Source of the DNA: Marsupella aquatica
Taxonomy: Eukaryota > Plantae > Marchantiophyta
Length of the DNA: 64,000 bases
Assembly: GCA_973895155.1 (NCBI GenBank)
Contig: OZ316895.1
Location: 15,134,816-15,198,815 of the forward strand
Direction of reading: 5' to 3'
A program made the position numbers and the translations under genes. This document shows, piece after piece, positions 25,114 to 38,299 of this stretch. Position 1 is the stretch's first letter; each line of letters opens with the position of its first letter. The notes beneath the pieces were generated by a model that was not told the origin of the DNA, did no database searches, and saw only the letters and a program-made list of their open reading frames with translations.

Positions 25114-25941
25114 CTAGCAAAGCATGCTCGAGAGCAGACGATAACGTCGTCCAAGTCCTTTTGATAAGCTGTTTGATGTTTCGAGTTGAATTCCAGTCCG
25201 TGCACAGATAGTTTCATAATTCCTCGAGCACACTCTTTTCTGCGTTACGCTCCATGTGTCCGACGCCAGTCCCTGCTGTTGTTTCCTCTTGCTACCACTC
25301 GAAGGCTTCGAAGCGCTGGACTCTAACTTAACGCTACTGGAAGAACCTGTCGTACTTCGATGAACGTCTTTCTCTGTGCCTTTAAGGCCCGTCGTACATC
25401 GTGGAGAATCCTTCTCCATGCTCTTACTCAAAGACGATGGAAGATCCTTCAAATCCGCCGTCGCCCAAGCCACCTTGAGTAGTAGATCCAACCCATTTTG
25501 GTTTGCGGAAGCACTCCCCGTAGTGCTGCTGAGCGATTGTCTACCTGATCCCTGCCCGTCCAAGCGAATAGACTCCTCCTGTCCATGAGACTCTGATTGA
25601 TTAGACCCCGTCCTCTTCAGTGCAGGCCAACACCAATCACACACCCAAGACGCCTCGTTGGACCCCAGCTCCCGGTAAGACGGTGAACAATAACTGTGCT
25701 CCTGATGCTCGTGACATCTAGAACAGTGCAGTAGGTGGTCTTGAAAGCCTACATCTCCGCACATGTTGCACTCCAGGCAGCTCGGAGTGCCTTCCAATTC
25801 TTCACCTAAAATGTCCTCAATAGACTGCATCAGTTTGTTAGAACTGTAGCGGTTGGTTACATTCCTAATCTCGCCACCCATAACCTCGAAGGATTTCTGC
25901 TTTCTACCCTTGTCGACTCCGTTACTTCCTCCTTTCATCAT
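25114..25941 (-). CDS. PHD-like zinc-finger protein, plant AT3G60520/AT1G02070 family, 275 aa, intronless
   Basis: CNMCGDVGF...LLHCSRC..HQEHSYCS...WVCDWC (C4HC3-type) plus C-terminal RRYRLLSSMLC. As I recall it, the family signature is CCMCGDVGF..QHSYC..CDWC with RRYKLLxDVMC. Confidence 0.88.
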   Translation of the reverse strand: MMKGGSNGVDKGRKQKSFEVMGGEIRNVTNRYSSNKLMQSIEDILGEELEGTPSCLECNMCGDVGFQDHLLHCSRCHEHQEHSYCSPSYRELGSNEASWVCDWCWPALKRTGSNQSESHGQEESIRLDGQGSGRQSLSSTTGSASANQNGLDLLLKVAWATADLKDLPSSLSKSMEKDSPRCTTGLKGTEKDVHRSTTGSSSSVKLESSASKPSSGSKRKQQQGLASDTWSVTQKRVCSRNYETICARTGIQLETSNSLSKGLGRRYRLLSSMLC

Positions 25942-26883
25942 GTTGCCCAGCTCTTCTCCAAGTGTGGCCGAGCGCGTCCGCCTGGCTTTGTGCTAATACC
26001 CAATCCAGATAGTGAGAACTACGGACTCAACATGCTTTCCAGTAGTGCAGACAGAAAGCGACTGTTCATCCTTCACTTCTCTTCCGCAGTACCAGACACG
26101 AAACCCGGTGAAGCAAAACCAAAACCGTGCAACAGCTTATCTCCTTCACAAGCAGCAGTATCCCGTCGGCATGAACTCGATCATCAGAGAGCAACCAACA
26201 AAGGAACCTCGGAAGTCGGGCGCTCTACACGGTCTTTGTCTATGCCTATACGGAAATGAATGGAGCGCAGCACAAACAAGTGACTCTCAGCTGCTGCGTC
26301 GAGCCAATGTAAGCGAGTAATGTTACACCACCGCAACCCGCTCCACACCACACCACTCCGTTCGAGACTACTCCGCCCAGAGAACGAACTGGAGGAACGG
26401 AGCAATTATTAGAGATTGGAAACACTCCTGAGCACGAACGCCTTCCGAATTGAACGGCCGGTCGCATCAAATCGGAGCCCTATCGCCTGCACGTAGGCGC
26501 CGCAAGGAAAAGAGTAAGGCGGAACAAATCTTCTGTCATACATTCGAAGCAGTGCTCAGTAGAATGATCTGTGCTGGCTGCTATACTACGACGACGACGA
26601 CGACGCCCAGTGCGGACGTAACGACGAGCTTGCTCCGCAGTCAGCGAGAGAGAGTGGGGTGGGGGGGGGGGGGGCAGACACAGCGAGAGCGAGAGAGAGA
26701 GAGACAAGCTGGCTGCTGGCTGGGACACACGAGATAAAGTAGTATTGTACCGGGACGAAGCGGCTTAATAAGTTGGCAAGCGAGCGAGCGAGCAAGAAAC
26801 TGCTGAAAACTACAACGGGCGGGCGAAACTGAACAGCAAAGCCGTGTTGGTCTTTATACAAATATCTGGACAGACGGGCACAC

Positions 26884-27005
26884 AGAGAGAGAGAGAGAGA
26901 GGGAGGGAGAGAGAGAGAGAACTCTCTACACAGACGCAGACGTAGTAGTAGACGCAGACGTAGTAGTAGACGCAGCAGGAGGAGCAGCGCAGCAGCAGCA
27001 GCAGC
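26884..27005. repeat. (GA)n, 18-bp duplication and (GCA)n upstream of the PHD gene
   Basis: Directly visible; agacgcagacgtagtagt x2. Confidence 0.85.
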
Positions 27006-29313
27006 ATGCTTGCTGCTGTCAACACTACCGTAGCGGCAGCAGGAGCAGGCACGGCAGGTCACGGCAGCTCCAGTGGAGTAGTGCTACGGTACCAGAAAGG
27101 GACTGTTCATCCTTTCACTTGTCTCCGCGGCAGCAGGACCAGAATGATACGAAACGGCTTCCCAAGGGACAGCTGCTGCTGCTCCTACAAAAATGAGCTT
27201 TTGTGCTGGGAGGAGAATATATTGCTGTTTCAAATTATGGAATTCCTGCTCCGAACCGAACACTGCAATACTCCAGTTTGCTCGGCTTTGTCCCACGCGA
27301 GAAGGATGGCAGTCTTTATAACTTGTATGGTGATATATATCCAACTTACCATAATAAGCGCTGTACTGTTTAGAGAGTATAACACACGTAACACTTAGAG
27401 CCTTATTGGGCCACTTTGCCAATGGGATCCTGTCTCCCCGTGTCTCCCGGTCCAGAGATTTTGCCGGTGGCACTTTGATATATATGTTAAAGGGGTGATA
27501 AATATGCAAAAAATAATAATATGGGGAAGGATCGGAGCAAATAGTGGTACACTATAGTGAATAAATTTGCTCTCCCAAGTCACACAAACTGCTTTGAATT
27601 GGCGATTTTCACTCACATAACATCACCATTTTGCTGTCAAAAAATTGTTTGTTTATTGGAATTAGAGGTCAAACATTGTGCTTCATCAAAACATCCACTT
27701 AGCATGGCTGGATTTGCAAAAATTGAGACAATAGTGCAAACATTCAATATCACCAAGGGAGGCCGGGTGCGCACTAAGTACACAAGTCATCCATTAGTCC
27801 CATTGAGGTGGATTGCAATTTAAAAAACTTCCATTTAGGTGGACTATGAAAGGACATTAGGCTCAGAATTGAACACAAGGTTAGGCTTGGGTCAGGGGCA
27901 ACTGTTAGGGGCAAAGAGGAGGGCGAGGAATAGCAGAGTTGTCAAGCAGAGAGGATTTGAGGCCAGGATAGGGGGGAGGGAATTTGAGGGTTTGGAAAAA
28001 GTGTCACTGGGATTTTATGGAGAAAGGGCGCAGCGGACTGGAGGTTCTTTCTAGCCCCTTTCCCCTTTCCCCTTTCTGGCTAAATTCCATTTGGAGAGCT
28101 GTTGCCCAATTTTTAATTGTTTTGCCTCCCCTTTTGTATCTTTGCCACCTAGTGTAGTCTTCTCTCTGATTGTGGCAGTTTGGGTAAATGAGAGAATCCC
28201 TCCCTCCTAACTCCCTCTGCCAACACATGCAACATGATAACAGTGAAAATTGTGTTTGCCAGAGTTTTTCCACGCAAACCATTTGTGTGTTGACAATCTT
28301 CAGGCACAAGAGATCCAAAAATCATTGATTGTCTAGTTGTCTACCCCCACTAGACCCCCTTGGCTTGTATCAATAATGATCAACTTTCAGGTTTGCCAGT
28401 CTTTTCCCTTTATCTCGGGCTTCCCACTTCTTTGCTTCCCCTCTCCCTAGGTTTTCAAGGTTTACTTTTTGAAAGATCGCCTCCATTTTGTCAAACTCAG
28501 TACTCTTTCCTTCCCTTTGACGACGTCAACAATAATATATGTTTACCATCTTCCATTCCAATTGTCTTCCATACTGACAATTGGCAGACCCACGCATCGC
28601 ACAAGTCACCTCAAAAGCAACTACGGATTGACCTCCCACCTCCCAGGTCTACCCAGATTAATGCCTTTGATAATAATTTTTCTCTTTCTGATTTTTCTGG
28701 CTCCCCTCCTCACTTCACCCCGCCTACCAGCGCTTCATTTTGTATTGTGGGCATTGGCACACAATACAAAATGGAGAGTTGAGAAGCCACCGCTTAGCAA
28801 GGACTTTTCATGGGACTTGTACAGTAATATTATGACCGTTACATCTACGCATGATCAGATCTGGACGGTTGATTGTGGCTAACAAGTCACTAAAACTTTC
28901 TTAAAAACCTCTGTCTCTTTCCAAAGCACATTCATCAGCAAATGTGCAAAAAATTCACACAGAAAAGAAACATTGTTGCTTACCGAACTCTTGCCTTTGT
29001 GTAAACTTTTTTTCCTGGTTGCCCAATTTCTCACCATCCACCACAGAATCAAACTTTTTTGTCAACTATACTCCCCGCGCCTCCATTGTAATAAATTGTT
29101 TTAATTATGAATTGTACCTCCATAGCAGTTTACGTGTATTTTGTGCCAAAGGAATCGTGCCAGGTGACCCTACTTTGCCCGCTTGCTCACGATGACAACG
29201 CACACAGTTGTTTTTAAGATTCACCCTCGACGATGAATGGTCCTTCATTCCCTGGTCCCTCCTTCCTCCCAGTAGCTTATTATTAATCAGCTTATTAACC
29301 CCTACCCGTTCGA

Positions 29314-29468
29314 GTTGTTCTCCATCCACCTAGCCAGTTTCCATACCAACAAATTAGACTTTGGGCAGTGCAAGAGACCAGCCCATGTGTTGTTCTCCAT
29401 CCACCCATCCAGTTTCCACCCCAACACATTAGACTTTGCGCAATGCAAGAGACGAGGCCCATGTGTTG
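29314..29468. repeat. 75-bp tandem duplication
   Basis: gttgttctccatccacc...ttagactttg...gcccatgtgttg x2. Confidence 0.85.
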
Positions 29469-32400
29469 AAATAGTAATAAGTGGTAATAGACCTATCCTA
29501 AGCTCATGAGTTGGTATGTAGCTTGTTTGAAGAACTTTGAACCTTTGTTAACATCCATCTATCAGCTTGCCAAAAAACAATTCATGCAAATCTTCCTTTG
29601 TGCTGCATAAACAAGAAATAAGACAAAAACATTGAAATTTGAATATGCACTACTTTGATTGTCAAATGCTGGGATGGGAGATCATCCAAACCTTTAAGCT
29701 CCCGTTGGATCCCAAAACGATCTTCTTCGCTGACCTAAGCAAAGCTTGGGGATTTTATCCAAGCATTCTATAATGGATAAAGATCCCATCCAAGCTTTTG
29801 TCTTTTTAGAGGAGGCCCACCTTTACAAGAAGGAGAGTGCGAATGCAGTTATAAGAGGGCCAATGGCAGCAGGTCAGGCCCAGGCTCGACCAGATCCTGT
29901 CAAAGTTTGTAGTTCATCATTTGTACCAATATTCATTTTACCAAGCCAACAGACTCTAAGACATGGTCGGGAGTGCACTCTACTTGAAAAGGTGATTGGT
30001 GCGTCCTCCTAAATGAGAAAGGTATTCTTATTGTTATTATTTTCTACCTGCCTAAGTGTTGTCAAGCACATGTGAGATGGTATTGCATTCAGATGTTGCC
30101 GGAGTAGAGATGTCATCCTAGCAACTTGATGTCAGGGAGTGTGCTAGCTGAGGGGAGCGCAATGGGTGGGGCATGGAAGCAGTGCACACTGGACCCAGTC
30201 TGTCTAATGGTTAGGAAAAAGTGTCATCAGAATAAAAAGTCCACGAAGGCTTAGCACCAAAATGATAGTATATAAACACACCATAAAGGTTGAGGAGCAA
30301 GATTAAATATTACAGTGTTTAGATGTTGAGAGAAAGTATATTCTTTCAATGTCAGTACAATCCTGAAGAGTGGCCTGTTCAATTGGGTTCGCCAATTTTT
30401 GTAACTCTAGTGGTCAATCACAACAGAATTTGTAATGAACTAAAAAAGGACGTAGATGTAAAGAGCACTATGAATTGCTTTTCATTGGGTTTGACCTACT
30501 ACCACTTTTAACAAAGTAGCCGGGATGCACACAAGATTGGTCATAGTGAGAGTTAGGGTGAATTTTACTGAGGGAAAAATCCACTTGAGTCATATTGATT
30601 TTATTGATAAACACTGCCAAAGAGTAAGAAGCACCACACAGGGAGACAGGGGATGTTTAGCCCAGATGGGCCCAGGGGTTTGCTGTGAAGCCCCCATGGA
30701 TTTCCAAAGCTGGGATGGACTGACTCAAAACATCAAAAATGCCTCAACAGCGTTCTTTATAGTACCACTGAAAACTAACCTGTAAACGGGCTCCTAACAG
30801 GTTGCAGTGTTCCAGTAGTTTACGCAGTGGTAAGTTGTTGCTCATGCACAAATTACTCAAGGCATCCTTCAAAAAAGTGAAAAAGTCCTTCTCCAGAGTG
30901 GTAAATAGTTGCTCATGCCCAAATTACTCAAGGTGTTTTCACAAAAATGAACAGTCCATTCGCAGTTGGTTCAGATAATCAACCATTTTTTCACTTAGGT
31001 CAATGGAGCAAATGATCTCAGAAAAATCTCAACTTTTCCATATTGAAATGTAATATATTGTAAATCAGATAACATGCTGGGAAATTGTAGGTTTAAACAA
31101 AGATGGTTCATTGGGGTGCCTGGAAAATACTACTCAAGGTGCCTTTCTATTGAAGCGTCCTTCCAAAAGCAGCCGGTGTAAAGTGAGGCAGCATGTTACA
31201 CAATCCATGAGAATGGGCAAACCCAACCCCTCGGTCCATCCATGCTTCATTTTAGGAAAGACCGGATTGCAAGGCAGGATACCCAATAAGGGGGGGGGAC
31301 AAGAGAAAACCCAATGAAGACAAAAGAACCAAGAAGCCCATTTTGTACCAACTCTTTATTTACATTGTGGCACCACTGGCAATCTCGTGAAAAGTTCTTT
31401 GAGTTGACACCTGGTCGACAACATTGGAAAGTGTATGAAAATCTGTTTGAAATATTTACTCGGAAAAGTTGGATCTCATACTGTACACAGATGTTACTTG
31501 CAGCATGATTTCTGGTACCAATAGATAATTTATACCATGTTCGTACTCTAAAGACCATGTAGAGATAGAAATGTTTTCCTGGGTTTGGGTTTGCTTGTTA
31601 CATGTTACTTTTTTGCCCGATATAAGGTTGCCTGATGTAACCTCGCCTAAGCCAATGTTATGCAAGTTTGTCTCAGGTGTATATAGTGTTGTGACAGTCA
31701 GATTTGTGTTCTGAAGGTGTCCATTAAGATTTTCTCAGTCCATCAGAGCATCCTGTCAAACGTTGTGTTCATCCTGGCCTCACTTCACTATTTAATGTTC
31801 CAAAGAATACTGGTATAAAGTTCAAAAAAACACTAATAAAAAACTAATAAAAAAACTGGGGAAGATGGGTAGCGACGTCTTTATTCATGGGAAGTCTAAC
31901 ATATTTTAAGTACGTCGTAAAACAAGAAACGTGGCCACTTCCCATATTATGCAAAAGCTCGTGTATTTTCCATGTCATGGGCCAGAAAGCACCCAATCAA
32001 ACGCTACAAGAAAGCAAATGTTGTGGACAGATGGGTAAACGTGAGTAGAGCAATAAAATAAGTCGTGATCCCAACCGCTGCAAATCCGTTTTCATCCAAG
32101 AGTCGCTTTTGAGTAGAAAGCAGAGGTTGGGCTCAAGCTCTTATGATGGCAAGACAAAAGCAATAAAGACGTTTCTTGAAAGAAGGTTGGGTCTAGAGGT
32201 CTACACTTTTATTGGGTGCAAGAAAGCCAAAATAGAATCTAACTCTGTTTCATTTGTCGATAAATTCCAAGTTTAATTCCAAACTTTTTATTACCTTTAC
32301 AGACACATATGTTTAGGGCTCTAACTTTGGTTAAGAGTTAGTATCAGTACTTGATAGAATTGGGTAATATGTAGCTTCAATTGTTAGCTAAAACAGCCTA

Positions 32401-33342
32401 GAGTCAACATGCTCTACTACAGTAGGTTACAATCTACATATACTGTGTTGCCCAAATCTAAAATAAAAAGAGAACTCATAATTGCCTCCCTAATATACAA
32501 GCTACAAGTGTATATGTTTATCACACTGCCAAGAAACAAAAACTGCCAAATAGAGAGACAGGATCCAAAGGCAAGAGAACCCACCATAGGGGTGAAAACA
32601 AGTGAATAACCACAGGAAGCCAAGGCACCAAAAAGCCCTAAAGTCCTCCACAACAGCAAAAGGAACTGAAACCTACCAAAGAATAAAAGAAACTGAAAAC
32701 CTGGTAAAGGTCAAGAGTAAACAGCGCAAGAGGATCAAGAAGAGTAATTGTCTACACTCCCTGTAACCAACCAACAACCTCAACCGTACACTGAGTATTG
32801 AATGTATGAATGTATGAATTGTGCATCCTGTATCTAAAGCTAAGAAGCATCTACAATAGGGCTATCTGCATAGCAATGAGAATATTGCGTAGGGAACGAA
32901 ATATACGTAGAAGAGTCACGCAATATTGTAGCTGCTTCTGGCACTACGTATATTCACTACACCTCTCAAAAGTCTTCGCCACTTTTGGAAGAATTCACTA
33001 CATGTTTTGTCTTCCATTCACCAGATTCCCAACCAGCCACACACTCCATTACCTCAACTCTGGTAGTTACTTTTAGATCTGGGGAGATGGAAAGAAATGA
33101 ATCTAAGAAAAATGGATAAGGAACATTCTTGGTATCTTCCCCTCCACAATGTCACATGCGCCACATTAAAAAAATAGGCCTGCCCTCAGCACTCTCTCGC
33201 ACCTCTCTCCTGCCGTCAAAACTTGGTGAATGCCACACGTCCCAAGTTCTGTAGTGGAGTGAAAAGGCTCACTGTCCACCTTGCTTGACTTCCTCAGTGG
33301 AGTACTGGAGTGTGAGGAAGTTTAAAAACCAATCAAAAAATG

Positions 33343-33993
33343 CAGCTTGTTATTAACTTGTCCCCCAAATTACCAACATTACTAACGTGCCTCGAACAAA
33401 AAAATTATTAACCCACCCCCAAGTTGTACACAGGTTAGTATTAACTTGAGACCAGGTTCTCATTGCCATGTGGCAATGCATGATTGACTAGCCTTAACCC
33501 GCCGCAAGCCCCCTTGACCAGTGCAGGGCACAATTGCAGGTCCTGGGAGAGACGGAAACATGTCATTTTTTCTCAGGAAAGCACAGTTCTGGCCCAACAG
33601 TGTTGGCCCTCATTTTTACTCAGGAAAATGCAGGAAAACCCACTTCATTTTGGCTCATCATTCCCATGCAAAAAGACACCAAAATCCGCCATTTTAACTG
33701 CCCATGGAAGAAGCCGATCAAGCCAAAAGAGGAGGGTGCCATCAGAACCTAGACGCAGCCTGACGTTGTTTGCCCCTGCAGGGACTGCAACTGTGCCCGG
33801 CAACAGGGAAGGGGAAGGAGGGCTGAGGGGGGGCAGAGCAGGTTAAGGCTAGGCAATTAATGGAAACTTGCCACATGGAACCCGTCACAAGTTAACACTG
33901 ACCCATATACAAACAGGGGTGGGTTGAATTAATTATGTTTGGGGGCACGGTTGTAATATTGGGTAGTTTAGGGGACAGGTTAATACAAAGCTG
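33343..33993. mobile_element. Foldback/MITE with ~160-bp degenerate inverted arms
   Basis: 33343-33500 is the reverse complement of 33840-33993 (cagcttgttattaacttgtcccccaaat... vs ...ggggacaggttaatacaaagctg); no TSD seen. Confidence 0.72.
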
Positions 33994-34984
33994 TGAACAA
34001 ATAATTCTTTGCCATATAGATTATTATTGTTAAACTTAGGTGTTATACCAGAAACTGAAGCCAGGATGGCACCACCATTGTGGACACAGTGCTCCTATGC
34101 ACCACATTTTGGTGGTCCATGGGATTCTAGGGTTGTTGCGTCGATGATTATGAGCACTAAAATAATGTTAGTTTTACACCTGCAAGGGAAATAGAGAAGG
34201 AAAAGACAGAAGTCTAAATATTTTCATGTAAACACATTAGAAACTAATCTAATGAAAGTTAACCCAATCATATGTTCTGATGAAAAGTTCAATCTAAATG
34301 GCCTCAAATTCACTGTCACTTGGACGGAAGCTTAGATTACCTACCCCTCTGGCATATTCCCATAACTAGACAATATTCGAATTTGTGCATATCGAGTTAA
34401 TGTTACAATTAACTCAATTTGGGGAAAATTTGGTCCATAGGGTTTTCAAAGACCAACCTTTTGGTCCATGGGGCCGTCAAATTCTGTTTTACAACCACAT
34501 TTTTCTTATATTTTATTACGGAGTACCTTGTCTTCCCTATCATTAACAATAAAGTTTTATTACTCTCTCGGCTTTTCTTTTCTTAGCTTTTGCTTTGTCT
34601 TGATTATCGCTGACGTGGTAGATTCTCTGATTGCAATTATTCTGGGAACTAGACATGAAAAAAAGTCGAGCAGTCGAACAAAATTAGCTAAAAATGGGCA
34701 AATCAATGGGCAGACGAGCAAGGACACACTACAGTCCATTCATAATAATGTAAGTGTATAAATGCAGTCAGTGGATAAGGTACAGGTGGGACACGTAGTT
34801 CCTTACGATTAAATATTAAATATATATAATAAGAGTGCCAAAGAGCAAGGTCCCAAAGGCAAAAAACTTAACAAAGCGGAGTAATTTACTTTGTCATTCC
34901 ATGACTGGAGGTTGACCACCTCTAAACTACAAATACACAAATATGTTTTGTCAAATATGCATTCACTAATTTATTTATCACACT

Positions 34985-35580
34985 GTCAAAGAATAAAAAC
35001 TCCAAAAGGAGACAAGATCCCAAAGGCCACAAATCCAATAAAGGGTTGGAAGAAAAATATACACACTTTTGATATACAAAGGGACCAAACAGAGTACAAA
35101 TGAACAAACAAAAGAGGGCCCAAGTGGACAAAACCAATCGAAAAAGAAGTGAGCAAAAGGGAACCACTAAACACCAAGAAAGAGGAACTAAAAGTAAGAA
35201 AGGAACAATAGGGAACCCCTAAAAACCAAGAAAGAGAGAGAGACTAAAACTAACCCAAGCGGACCGAGGTCCTCATCATTCCTACCGATTGTGGCAAAAA
35301 GCTAATGGTCCACATCAAGAGTCAAAACTAGATCGGCAAGTGGGATTGGAACATCCTCAAGGGGAGCTAGCCGCTGCGGAGGCACACGAGCACCCACTGT
35401 AAGAGATCGACGATAGATGGCCCGAGCTTGAGCACGCTGTAAGGTGACTGAAATGCGTTGGCGAAAGTGCGTGGTCAAAATAGAAAGCGGGGGTCCGGTG
35501 GGACCCATTCGGCCATGAACATCCCGGGCAGCTTGCCGACACTAAGGGAAGGGAGGACACTAAGGATACCACTAGTCATC
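34985..35580 (-). mobile_element. 3' end of a CRE-like non-LTR retrotransposon (ORF C-terminus plus 3' UTR)
   Basis: THFRQRISVTLQRAQARAIYRR in ORF 35302-35508 resembles the C-terminal helix of CRE-like elements. The downstream sequence matches 19130-19400. Confidence 0.6.
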
Positions 35581-36604
35581 GGAAAGAATAGCATTTACTG
35601 ATATGTGCATAAACTAGTCTTTAGGGACCCCCATGGGAAGTTTCTTCTTAAATTCCTGGATGCATGTGCTGCCACATAAGTATGATTTTTCACCAACAAG
35701 AACAGTTATTTATGCAAAAATAACAAATTTGACTACTAGTGTTTGAGGCAAGGCAAAGAAAAACATTTAGACCCTATAACTATAAAAAGGAAAACTGAAA
35801 AGTGGTAATGACAAGTAAAACTAAACTCTTCAACTACTTTAACATTTACCAAGGTAACATAAGATATCCAATAACATTTTCAATTTCTCTAACATCTACT
35901 CCCAACCTTTAAATGGCTACTATGGATAGAGGAGTAACAAGCAAGGATAAAAAAACATCATAACTACTATGGGTAGAGGAATACCAAGGGACTCTAAGAC
36001 CTTTTCAGCTACTATCGACAAATTAATATTTTGCATGAAATATATGAAATGTTACATGTATTGTATAGACATAGAATTACTTAGGTAAACTTTTTGCGTG
36101 GAGAATTACCCTCATTGTTACCATGAATGTACTCCTTAATATTTGTCTTCAATGAAATTGTGCTAACTACCTTTAAAGTTTATCTCATTTAGAATACTCC
36201 ATTTAATATTCATCTATCTATTTCAATGTGCAAAACTTTCATGGCTCCATATAGTTCAATAAAAACCCCTTACATAACCAAGGGAACCTAGAACTAATTT
36301 ATGTACAGTTTATCATCACATTAGGAGACAATTCTAGGTGTGCAATCTTAACCACACCACATATGAGGGAGTGTATCAAGTATTTCCTATGCACTTATTA
36401 TGTTATATGGATAACTGCATACATGACATGGGATATCACATGGATCTTTAATAGGGCCTCTTAAACACAGCCAATTTTCATGCATGGCTGCCCTCAGGAG
36501 TGTTGCGGGCTGGAGAAGTGGGGAGACTTGATTGGTCACCAAATGTGAGGCCTGAGCAGTCACGTCTCTGGGAATAATAAGAGGTCCCAATTTTGAAGTT
36601 CAAT

Positions 36605-37028
36605 TTTTAGTTACATTGTCACTAAAGATGTTCTAATTAATAATATTGTCACTATTTTATTGTATGTACAAATATGTAACAATTTTTGTATATTCACACC
36701 TTAGTTATTTTTTAACTTATCATTTTTATATGACATTGTGATATATTTGTAAATCAGCTTTAAATTACTTTGTCATTAAAGATTCTCATTCACAATATTA
36801 TCACTGCTTTTTTGGTATTTATAAAAATATATGTCACTATTTGATGACAAATTTACTAAGGTGACCAAAGAAACTATATACAAAAACCATGATATTTTTA
36901 TAAATATGAAAAATTAGTGATAGTATTGTAAATTTAAATATCTTTAGTTCTAATATATTTTTAAAAATTATTTATAATTTATGATATTATTATCAATTTG
37001 AACATCTTTAGTGACAAAAGAATTAAAA
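36605..37028. mobile_element. AT-rich foldback/MITE
   Basis: Perfect 17-bp inverted repeat TGTCACTAAAGATGTTC (36617-36633 vs 37000-37016) within ~55-bp arms; internal copies of the gtcacta motif. Confidence 0.6.
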
Positions 37029-38299
37029 GTTGTTTTTGAAATTATACAGCTAGGTTTTATGCTACTAATTGCATTCAGAAAACCAGTGCCACGACCCCAC
37101 TCAGATTTGACTACCCGAGAAGAAGAGATCCCAGCACTCTATTGCAGTGTGCCCAAGTGCATAGGGGGTTGCCTGCAAGGTTTAATTTTGTTTTTTAGAT
37201 GCCCCAATACAATGCATACTCTGGATAAGTGCAGGCCGATAAGTGCAGGCTTGGGGCCTCCTCCCGGAAGCCTGTAGTGGGACATGTGGACTGTACTGGC
37301 GAGCAGAGAGGCATTAACAACCACCCGTTGAGTACTAAGAGAACATTAATTAAACCTCCGGCATCCAACGTCAGCTTTCCCACTATCGCGAATGACCTCG
37401 TTCGATTTCGACGACGGGCCTCGTCTTCCCTGTGCCTCGATCCTACTGGAGCTCTGGCATCAAATCTGGAGACGCGACCATCGCCCATAGCTCCAGAGCA
37501 GAACGATTGATCGCAGCTCCAGAGCATTGACGCACGGACGGTATATGCATACATGTGGTACGTTACGTACCGTAGTCCTGTTGATGATGATTAGGAGTTG
37601 AGTAAACGTGAGTTGAAGGATCAGCGATATACGTGAGGATTGCCTTGAATGCTTTCTCGTACGGGTTCCACATATGGGCATCAGTCTCAATTCTTTTTGG
37701 GTCCTTTGGTAGCTGCTGCTGCTTCAGGGACAGTGAAACACATTCAGCAGTAATCAATGGAACGGAAAAGTGAGCCATGTAATCCGTTCACACCCCTTGC
37801 AAAGATCATAGAATGATATGGATCGGCCCGGGCACAGATCCAATGGCAGGCAGTGAGGCAGGCACTAGGCGACGATTTGATTTGCAAAGAAGTCACACCA
37901 CGCAAGCAGAACATCAATCATGTTTATCATTTTCAATTTGGAGAGTACATATCTTGACCTATTTATTACGATTCCAGATTGGAGCCTAAATGTACACGTC
38001 TTTGCGAATATCTGTTGAACTGTCATCTGTACTGATCTATGTACTACTAATAACATTGGCAGAGAGTCGGCAACTCAGTTTGCACTTTTCTCTCTTTCAA
38101 TTTCTCGGCAATGAGAGGCGGTGTTGATAGTCAAGAATGGATCATCTAAATTTAGACAAGCAACTTTACTCCCGCCTCGCACGCATCTAAATTTGCAAGA
38201 CATGAGAAACTTGAGTCCTGCTGAGAATTTTGGATGTCCGTCCATGAAGCTATTCAACTTCAATTAGTCGCCTCGAGTGCACGCTAATCACTAATCCGC

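Noticed and set aside
26450-27398. Several 80-160-aa ORFs upstream of the PHD gene
   Set aside because: Translations of microsatellites; no domain signal.
37195-37554. WD40-like phrase FCSGAMGDGRVSRFDAR in a 119-aa ORF
   Set aside because: A single weak motif with no further repeats or exon structure.
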